This document shows, in pieces, positions 57,095 to 64,000 of a stretch of 64,000 bases of DNA. The stretch is from a virus. The translations under genes were made by a program, and so were the position numbers. The notes below the pieces were generated by a model that was given only the letters and a program-made list of their open reading frames with translations, was not told where the DNA came from and did no database searches. Position 1 is the first letter of the stretch. Each line of letters opens with the position of its first letter. The stretch is from the IMG/VR virus record IMGVR_UViG_3300008267_000011, positions 30,416 to 94,415 of that record. One strand, given 5' to 3'.

Positions 57095-57097
57095 TCC

Positions 57098-57307
57098 ATG
57101 AAAAATAAAGAAATTGATTACTCAGCCATTGATTACAAGGCATTTGGAAAAATGCTTAATGAGCTAGAGAGTGCTGTAGGCGCTGCAGATGAAGAGAAGG
57201 CAGCCAAGCTTCAGCAAGACAAAGCTAAGATAGATCAACAAATCGCACAACTACAACAAAAGAAAGCTGCCCTTCAGAAGCAGATAGATCAGATCGAGAA
57301 GAAGTAA
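57098..57307 (+). CDS. Small coiled-coil protein, putative late/head-internal
   Basis: MLNE site followed by a Gln/Lys coiled coil; TAATTATA at 57073-57080 upstream. Confidence 0.55.
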   Translation: MKNKEIDYSAIDYKAFGKMLNELESAVGAADEEKAAKLQQDKAKIDQQIAQLQQKKAALQKQIDQIEKK

Positions 57308-57308
57308 G

Positions 57309-57689
57309 ATGAGACCACAATTATTGTGCACATTCACAACCCTACAAGATTTACCTTATTGCATTGGCAATATTCATAAGTCTTATGACAATGATGTTGC
57401 TAATTTGAAATGTTATGCGTATGTTCACGATAACAATAGCATCGTATGCATCTACAATGTATACAACGCTACCAAGCGAATGAAGGATACCATTTCAATC
57501 AACAGAAAAAAAGAAACCAATACGCTATACAGTATCAATGCTCTTAATGCTTTGATCATGGCGTTAAACTATGGGGTGTTGGATAAGTCCTTTGTGATCA
57601 ACTGGAACGATTACAGAGATTGTATGCTTCTATCGCAAGGTCCAGATGGATATAAAACAATTCTAATAAAAGAGTTGTCTCATCCATAA
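57309..57689 (+). CDS. Conserved hypothetical protein
   Basis: QLLCTF...TISINRKKETNTLYSINALN; sits between polA and SSB. Confidence 0.65.
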   Translation: MRPQLLCTFTTLQDLPYCIGNIHKSYDNDVANLKCYAYVHDNNSIVCIYNVYNATKRMKDTISINRKKETNTLYSINALNALIMALNYGVLDKSFVINWNDYRDCMLLSQGPDGYKTILIKELSHP

Positions 57690-57705
57690 AAGTTTCGTAT
57701 ATTAG
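57675..57705 (+). promoter_or_regulatory. Candidate Bacteroidota-type promoter for the SSB-recA operon
   Basis: TTG (57675-57677), 20 nt spacer, then TATATTAG (57698-57705). Confidence 0.55.
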
Positions 57706-57731
57706 TATAAATAAATAAACAGTTACACAAT

Positions 57732-58511
57732 ATGGCAATCAATTTAGATGCAATTAAAAGCCGTTTGCAACAAATGCAAAAAAGCGCTAATTCAGGTGGT
57801 GGATCAGGTGTCGCAGAACACTTATGGAAACCACCAGTAGGAAAAAGTCAAGTTCGTATCGTTCCTTACGCCTTCGACAAAGACAACCCTTTCATTGAGA
57901 TGTACTTCCACTATGAGATTGGAAAGCGTACTATGGTATCGCCAACCTCATTTGGTCGTCCTGACCCAATTGTAGAGTTTGCTGAGAAGTTGAAGCGTTC
58001 TGGTAATAAAGAGGATTGGAAGTTAGGTAAGAAGATCGAGCCAAAGTTCCGTTGCTTTGTGCCAGTAATCGTTCGCGGAGAGGAAGAAAAGGGAGTTCGC
58101 TTCTGGAGCTTTGGTAAGCAAATTTACCAAGAGTTGTTGGGAGTTATTGCTGACCCTGACTACGGTGACATCACTGACTTGATGAATGGTCGTGATTTGA
58201 CAGTAGAGCACGTTGCTGCAGAGAAAGAAGGAGCTTTCCCAAGCTACACAGTTAGACCAAAACCTAACCAAACTCCAGCTACAACTGACAAGGAAGTTGC
58301 AAGTAAGATCGTTAATGATCAGAAGCAAATCACCGAGTTGTACTCAGAGTTGAGCTATGAGGAAATGACTTCAGCATTAGAGAAGTGGTTGAACCCAGAC
58401 ACTAATGCAGATGCACCAGCAGGAAAGTCTGAGTCGCAAATCAAAACAGCTACAACAGCTACTAAGGTTGACGATATCAACTCAGCATTTGACGAACTTT
58501 TTAACTCCTAA
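57732..58511 (+). CDS. Single-stranded DNA-binding protein (gp32-like)
   Basis: LWKP, VRIVP, FGKQIY, DITD...GRDL and an acidic/aromatic tail AFDELFNS. Confidence 0.85.
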   Translation: MAINLDAIKSRLQQMQKSANSGGGSGVAEHLWKPPVGKSQVRIVPYAFDKDNPFIEMYFHYEIGKRTMVSPTSFGRPDPIVEFAEKLKRSGNKEDWKLGKKIEPKFRCFVPVIVRGEEEKGVRFWSFGKQIYQELLGVIADPDYGDITDLMNGRDLTVEHVAAEKEGAFPSYTVRPKPNQTPATTDKEVASKIVNDQKQITELYSELSYEEMTSALEKWLNPDTNADAPAGKSESQIKTATTATKVDDINSAFDELFNS

Positions 58512-58516
58512 TCCTC

Positions 58517-59662
58517 ATGGCAAAGAAGTCAGTAACACCGGATGAGATTTCCGGAAGAGATGAGCTTGCATCATTGTTAGCAGATAGTCTCAACAAAAAG
58601 TTTAAAGACTTCAAAGCTGCCCATTTTCTTAATGGGCAAGAGGAAACTCCAACCGATTTAACAGAGTGGGTCTCAACCGGATCCACTTTGTTAGACTTGG
58701 CTATCTCAAACAGACCTAACGGAGGATTTCCAGTAGGTCGTATTGTAGAGTTGCAAGGGATGGAGGCTTCAGGAAAAAGCTTGATCATGGCACACGTATT
58801 GGCTAACACACAAAAGAAAGGTGGATTGGCTGTGTACATTGACACTGAGAATGCTTTAAGTGAAGAGTTCTTAAAGGCTATTGGAGTAGACGTAAACAAC
58901 ATGCTTTACATCCCATTGGAAACAATTGAGGATATCTTTGAAGCAGTTGAGAACATTATCGAAACAGTTCGTAAGAGTTCCAAAGACAGATTGGTTTCAA
59001 TCGTTATTGATTCTGTATCAGCAGCTACAACTAAAATTGAGCAAGATGCAGATTACGATAAGGATGGATGGGCAACAGCCAAAGCAATCGTAATGTCGAA
59101 AGCTATGCGTAAGATCACTAACGTGATTGGAAAGCAGAGAGTTTTACTACTATGCGCATCACAGCTTCGTGAGAAGATGGGTGTAATGTTTGGAGACAAG
59201 TACACTACCTCTGGTGGTAAGGCTTTAGGATTCCATGCAAGTTGTAGAGTAAGGCTTAAAGGAGTCGGTAAGTTGAAGAGCGGTTCGGGTAAGACTGAAC
59301 AGATCATTGGTGTGCAAACCGAAGCTCAAGTTATCAAAAACAGGATGGGACCTCCATTCAAGAAAGCCACATTCGATATCTATTTCAATTCAGGAATCGA
59401 TGATCAGAATAGCTGGTTAGCTTTGATGAAGGACTACGGAGTCGTTAGTACCTCAGGATCCTACTACACCTTAGTAAACGAAGAGACTGGAGAAGTTCAT
59501 CGCTTCATGTCTAAAGAGTGGAAGGAGCTATTGGCAACTAACCAAACTCTCTACGACTACTCGTATAGAAAGATATGCGATATCTTCATTATGAAGTACA
59601 AGGGAGACAATGACATTGATCCAGACAGTGTAACAGTTGATGACGATGAGCTCGCAGACTAA
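58517..59662 (+). CDS. recA: RecA/UvsX recombinase
   Basis: STGSTLLDLA, Walker A GMEASGKS, IDTE, Walker B VIDSV, SQLREK, GGKALGFHAS and KNRMGPP. Confidence 0.95.
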   Translation: MAKKSVTPDEISGRDELASLLADSLNKKFKDFKAAHFLNGQEETPTDLTEWVSTGSTLLDLAISNRPNGGFPVGRIVELQGMEASGKSLIMAHVLANTQKKGGLAVYIDTENALSEEFLKAIGVDVNNMLYIPLETIEDIFEAVENIIETVRKSSKDRLVSIVIDSVSAATTKIEQDADYDKDGWATAKAIVMSKAMRKITNVIGKQRVLLLCASQLREKMGVMFGDKYTTSGGKALGFHASCRVRLKGVGKLKSGSGKTEQIIGVQTEAQVIKNRMGPPFKKATFDIYFNSGIDDQNSWLALMKDYGVVSTSGSYYTLVNEETGEVHRFMSKEWKELLATNQTLYDYSYRKICDIFIMKYKGDNDIDPDSVTVDDDELAD

Positions 59663-60695
59663 TTATCTAGCTCTTCTAAACGAACTACGAACAAGAGGAC
59701 CCGAAGATAACCTGCACCTTAATTCAAGGGTGCTGGTTATTGACGGCCTTAATACTTTCATTCGTAGTTATGCAGCGAGTCCTGTGACCAATAGTGACGG
59801 AGAGCACGTTGGCGGAATCTCAGGAACACTACTAAGCATAGGCCATGCCATTAAGAATATCGCACCTACAAGGGTGATTATGGTATTTGATGGCAAGAAT
59901 GGCTCTGCTAAAAGACGACAAATCTACCCAGAGTACAAAGCAAACAGAAAATTCAAGATTAGATTGAATCGATCAGAAGTGGTTGATAAACAAGACAATC
60001 AACTTGAGCAACTTATACGAGTAATCCAATACTTGGAGAACCTACCAATTACGGTTATTACAGCAGAAGCAACAGAAGCAGATGATGTGATTGCGTATAT
60101 TGCAAATGACTACCTTGCACAGAAGCAGGATAGTCAGGTGTTCATCATGTCCTCAGATAAGGATTTCTACCAGTTAGTAAACGATAGAATCCACATTTGG
60201 AGTCCTACCAAGAAGAGATTCTACTACACAGAGGATGTTCATACTGAGTATGGAATATACCCACGTAATTTTGCTTTATATCGCGCTTTACTTGGTGATA
60301 AAAGCGATAACATAGGAGGAGTGGATGGAATTGGTGAGAAGACTGTACAAAGCAAATTTAACCTTCTAACAGAGGATAAACAGGTATCTTTACAGGAGCT
60401 AAAAGACTTCGCATCCGCGCAACCACCTAAGGTTAAAATCTACCAAAAGTTTCTTGAAGCCGAAGAGCTAATAGAACGCAACATTCAGTTAATGCAGCTT
60501 TCAGAGAGCAACATTAACACCACAGTCAAATTGAGAATCATTGACACACTAGAGCAAGAGATTCCAAGATGCAATAAAATAGCAATCCATAAGATGATCC
60601 TTGAAGACAAGATGTCTGGAGCAATTAAGAATCCAGATACTTGGCTAAGAGAGGTGTTTCAAAAATTAGATGGATTTGCTTTGCAATCACAATAG
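59646..60695 (+). CDS. 5'-3' exonuclease / flap endonuclease (RNase H gp-rnh-like)
   Basis: IDGLN, VFDG, YKANR, EADDVI, SDKDF and GDKSDNIGGVDGIG. ATG 59646 preferred as start. Confidence 0.92.
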   Translation: MSSQTNYLALLNELRTRGPEDNLHLNSRVLVIDGLNTFIRSYAASPVTNSDGEHVGGISGTLLSIGHAIKNIAPTRVIMVFDGKNGSAKRRQIYPEYKANRKFKIRLNRSEVVDKQDNQLEQLIRVIQYLENLPITVITAEATEADDVIAYIANDYLAQKQDSQVFIMSSDKDFYQLVNDRIHIWSPTKKRFYYTEDVHTEYGIYPRNFALYRALLGDKSDNIGGVDGIGEKTVQSKFNLLTEDKQVSLQELKDFASAQPPKVKIYQKFLEAEELIERNIQLMQLSESNINTTVKLRIIDTLEQEIPRCNKIAIHKMILEDKMSGAIKNPDTWLREVFQKLDGFALQSQ

Positions 60696-60711
60696 TTTTA
60701 GACTATATTAA
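60680..60711 (+). promoter_or_regulatory. Candidate Bacteroidota-type promoter for the helicase
   Basis: TTTG (60680-60683), 20 nt spacer, then TATATTAA (60704-60711). Confidence 0.55.
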
Positions 60712-60715
60712 AGTT

Positions 60716-62080
60716 ATGAGTTCAGACACAATACAAAGATACGGAACAAGCTTCCAAGCAAAGGTTTTGGCAGTCCTAATGAAGGATAAGCCATTCTTGC
60801 AGCAGATCAGCGATTTGCTTGATCCCGACTATATGAGCTCCGATGCTTCAAAGTGGATAGCAAGAACGATACTAGAGTACCATAAGCAATACAAAACGAC
60901 ACCTACATTAGATGCGTTGAAGGTCCATGTGGAGTCTATTGAAGTTGACGTATTGAAAGCAGCTGTAGTAATGCAGTTGAAAGACATTATGTCCTATCTA
61001 GATGCTGATGATGTGCAGTTTGTTAAGGACCAGTTCCTAAACTTCTGTAAGAATCAAAAGCTAAAGAATGCTATCTTAGAAAGTGTTGAGTTGTTGAAAG
61101 GTGGTAAGTACGATGAGATTAAGGCTAACATTGATAATGCAATGAAAGCTGGAAGTGATCGTAACATTGGCCACGAATACAACGAAGACGTTGATGCACG
61201 ATACGAAGCTAATGTACGACATCCAGTAGAAACTCCATGGGAAGTTGTTAACGAGATCATGGATGGTGGATTAGGAAAGGGTGAGTTGGGAGTGTTTGTA
61301 GCACCAGCTGGTATTGGTAAGTCTATGGCATTAGTCAGTATTGCTGCAGCAGCAGTTGAAAGAGGGCTTAATGTCGTATACTACACAATGGAGTTGGCAG
61401 AAGGGTATGTTGGATCTCGATTCGACTCCTACTACACAAACATTCCTTCACAAGACCTCAAGTTTCATATCGATGAAGTTAAGGATGCTGTTGGTAAGCT
61501 GAAAGGTAATCTAATCATCAAGTACTATCCTACTAAGACGGCTACAGTTGGTACACTAACTGCCCACTTAGAGAAGTGCTTGATGCAAGGATTCAAACCA
61601 GATATTGTGCTTGTTGACTACGCTGACTTGTTAAGAGAAACAAACGTAAGCTCTAACAAAAGACATGACCAGGCATTAGGAAGTATCTATGAAGACCTTA
61701 GAGGTTTATCAGGTACTTACGGATTCCCAGTATGGACAGCATCACAAGCAAACAGATCAGCTTTGGAAGATGACATCATTGGTGCAGAGAAGATTGCAGA
61801 ATCTTATTCTAAGGTAATGATTGCCGACTTTGTAGTGTCTCTGTCTCGTAAAACTACTGATAAGATTAGTGGTACAGGAAGATGGCACGTTATTAAGAAT
61901 CGTTTTGGTCCTGATGGACTTACGTTCCCAAGTAAGATGAACATGAGTGTGTGTAAGATTAACATATTTGCAGAGAACACAATTGAAGGAATCGACACAA
62001 AAAAGACAATGGCAAATCACGAAGAAGTATTAAAGAGTACATTAAGAAACAAGTTCCAAGAATTGCAAGGATTAGTATAA
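60716..62080 (+). CDS. Replicative DNA helicase (gp41/DnaB-like)
   Basis: Walker A APAGIGKS, YTMEL, Walker B LVDYADLL, WTASQANR and KNRFG. ATG 60716 preferred as start. Confidence 0.93.
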   Translation: MSSDTIQRYGTSFQAKVLAVLMKDKPFLQQISDLLDPDYMSSDASKWIARTILEYHKQYKTTPTLDALKVHVESIEVDVLKAAVVMQLKDIMSYLDADDVQFVKDQFLNFCKNQKLKNAILESVELLKGGKYDEIKANIDNAMKAGSDRNIGHEYNEDVDARYEANVRHPVETPWEVVNEIMDGGLGKGELGVFVAPAGIGKSMALVSIAAAAVERGLNVVYYTMELAEGYVGSRFDSYYTNIPSQDLKFHIDEVKDAVGKLKGNLIIKYYPTKTATVGTLTAHLEKCLMQGFKPDIVLVDYADLLRETNVSSNKRHDQALGSIYEDLRGLSGTYGFPVWTASQANRSALEDDIIGAEKIAESYSKVMIADFVVSLSRKTTDKISGTGRWHVIKNRFGPDGLTFPSKMNMSVCKINIFAENTIEGIDTKKTMANHEEVLKSTLRNKFQELQGLV

Positions 62081-62178
62081 AAAATTTAATATAGAACAGC
62101 ATTTCATCGAGAGCATGTGAGGTATTTATCCCTACAGCATCTATGAGAAAGTTCACAATATAAACCCCAATAACCATT

Positions 62179-63922
62179 ATGAAAGAAATAAGCAATGAGA
62201 TCCTCAGTGATATTACTGTCTTCATGAAGTACAGCAAGTATATCCCTGAGTTACAGAGAAGAGAAACGTGGGACGAGTTAGTAGCTCGTAACAAGGAAAT
62301 GCACGTTAAAAAGTTTCCACAATTGAAAGAAGAGATAGAGCATGCCTATGACTTTGTCTTGAACAAGAAGATCCTACCTTCAATGCGTAGTATGCAGTTT
62401 GCTGGTAAGCCTATTGAGATTAGTCCTAATCGTGTTTACAACTGCGCTTACATGCCTATTGACGATTGGAGAGCATTTGGTGAAGCTATGTTCCTATTGT
62501 TGGGAGGTACTGGAGTAGGATACTCAGTACAAAAGCACCACGTAGAAAAGTTACCAGAAATCCGTAAGCCTAACACTAAGCGTACAAAAAGATTCCTCAT
62601 TGCTGATAGTATTGAAGGTTGGGCAGATGCAGTAAAAGCATTGGTTAAGAGTTACTTCACTGGATCATCCAGATTAGATTTTGACTTCTCTGACATTAGA
62701 GCTAAGGGAGCTCGATTAGTTACATCCGGAGGAAAGGCACCAGGTCCTCAACCTCTAAAGGAATGTTTAATTAAAGTTCAAGGTATTTTAGATGCAAAAA
62801 ATGATGGCGACAGGTTATCGCCGATTGAAGTGCACGACATGGTTTGTCATATTGCTGACGCTGTACTTGCTGGCGGTATTCGTCGTGCAGCCCTTATATC
62901 GCTTTTTTCAGCGGATGATGATGAGATGATCGCTTGCAAATCAGGTAACTGGTGGGAAAACAATCCACAGAGAGGACGTGCAAACAACTCAGCAGCATTG
63001 CTACGTCATAAGATGACTAAGGAGTTCTTCTTGGACTTGTGGAAGCGTGTAGAATTAAGTGGTGCAGGTGAGCCTGGTATCTACTTGACAAACGATAAGG
63101 ATTGGGGAACTAATCCATGCTGTGAGATTGCTTTACGTCCATTCCAGTTCTGTAACCTATGCGAAGTAAACGTATCAGACGTTGAGTCGCAAGAGGATCT
63201 AAACGAGAGAGTTAAAGCAGCTGCATTCATTGGAACACTACAAGCAAGTTACACAGACTTCCACTACCTACGTGATGTATGGAAACGTACTACTGAAAAG
63301 GATGCGTTGATTGGAGTGTCTATGACTGGTATTGGTTCTGGTGTAGTTCTAGGATTGGATATGGCTGAGGCAGCTAATTATCCATGCTTGGCACAATGAC
63401 TACTATGTCAGACGTGTACGTGTAGGAAAGAACGAAGCAATCTATACTTACCTAGCAATCAATCACCCAGAACTAATTGAAGATGAGTATTTCCGTCCGC
63501 ATGATACAGCAGTAATCTCAATTCCACAAAAAGCACCAGCAGGAGCTATTTTGAGAAACGAAAGTCCAATTGACTTACTTGAGCGTATCAAGCGAGTACA
63601 CCAAGAGTGGATCAAGCCAGGACATAGATCAGGTCAAAACTCTCACAATGTGTCAGCTACTGTTTCTATTAAAGAGGAAGAGTGGGGAGCAGTTGGAGAG
63701 TGGATGTGGACTAATCGTAAGCACTACAACGGATTGTCTGTATTGAACTACGATGGTGGTACATACATTCAAGCACCTTTCGAGGATTGCACAGAAGAAA
63801 AGTATAACGAAATGATGGCACATCTAACCAATATAGATTTGAGTAAGGTTATTGAGTTAGAAGACGTTACCAACCTCAAAGGTGAAGCAGCATGTGCTGG
63901 AGGAGCTTGTGAGATTGTGTAA
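62179..63922 (+). pseudogene. nrdJ: Class II (B12-dependent) ribonucleotide reductase, interrupted by an internal deletion and frameshift near 63378
   Basis: RRETW, VYNCAY, GGIRRAA, TNPCCEI and FCNLCE up to DMAEAAN. The +1 frame resumes at 63380 with IHAWHNDYYVRR and ends ACAGGACEIV. The usual T-x-K-P-x-G-T segment is missing. Confidence 0.8.
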
Positions 63923-63957
63923 TGGATAGTAGAGATTGGATATTTCAACAATATGTT

Positions 63958-63989
63958 AAGGAGCTTGCGTCTAAAAAGCGCAAGCCCTT
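63958..63989 (+). terminator. Hairpin after nrdJ (possible terminator)
   Basis: Imperfect stem AAGGAGCTTGCG / CGCAAGCCCTT with a weak T-tail. Confidence 0.45.
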
Positions 63990-64000
63990 AACTTCTAAAC

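Larger units (their letters stand above)
4695..62130 (+). promoter_or_regulatory. Dispersed late-promoter-like motif TA(T/C)TTAT(A/T/C)
   Basis: Copies start at 4695, 8398, 14401, 15760, 18069, 19916, 21526, 26420, 27115, 39820, 43492, 43828, 46261, 46834, 47946, 52921 and 62123, with variants at 23588 and 57073. Most lie 3-25 nt before a start codon. Confidence 0.75.

Noticed and set aside
60641-60715. TTG-initiated N-terminal extension of the helicase
   Set aside because: It overlaps the exonuclease gene and the candidate promoter; ATG 60716 fits better.
62081-62178. Cobalamin riboswitch upstream of nrdJ
   Set aside because: The gap is only 98 nt and AT-rich, with no recognisable B12-box.
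63378-63551. Intron, intein or programmed frameshift in nrdJ
   Set aside because: Sequence is missing rather than inserted; there is no intervening element or slippery site.
1199-63951. All minus-strand ORFs in the track (for example 3643-4092, 27471-27974, 42408-42899, 49271-49888)
   Set aside because: They lie opposite well-supported + strand genes, have no recognisable motifs, and look like antisense shadows of codon bias.
1-64000. Stop-codon reassignment, tRNA genes or rRNA genes
   Set aside because: Conserved genes are full length in the standard code and end in TAA, TAG and TGA. Intergenic gaps are short and I saw no cloverleaf or T-loop signatures by eye; tRNAscan-SE would confirm.

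Overview
This window is a gene-dense 64 kb segment of a large lytic myovirus (contractile-tailed, distantly T4-like). All supported genes lie on the + strand. In order it holds: the 3' end of a virion/baseplate-type gene; a T7-type endonuclease I; a primase; a single-chain Mre11-Rad50 (gp47-gp46) fusion; a block of small or modular genes (8.4-16.5 kb), many with an N-terminal M-K-L-x-x-L-(L/I)...E motif suggestive of capsid-packaged cargo; large terminase, portal, prohead protease, scaffold and major capsid protein; phoH; neck and tail-completion genes; a 13 kb Ser/Thr-rich fibre region containing three tandem paralogues; tail sheath, tube, assembly chaperone (candidate programmed frameshift), tape measure and baseplate genes; and a replication module (compact PolA, gp32-like SSB, RecA, 5'-3' exonuclease, helicase, class II ribonucleotide reductase broken by a deletion/frameshift). 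Two promoter classes are visible: TA(T/C)TTAT(A/T/C) before late genes, and TTG-N19-20-TATA(T/G)T before replication genes. The second class, with A-rich starts lacking obvious Shine-Dalgarno sites, points to a Bacteroidota host (inference). The best candidates for undescribed biology are a capsid-targeting and protease-processed cargo system, a [S/T]-x-S motif enriched in virion-surface proteins (possible modification sequon), and a +1/-2 frameshift in the tail chaperone. All protein calls come from motif recognition by eye; no database search was run.
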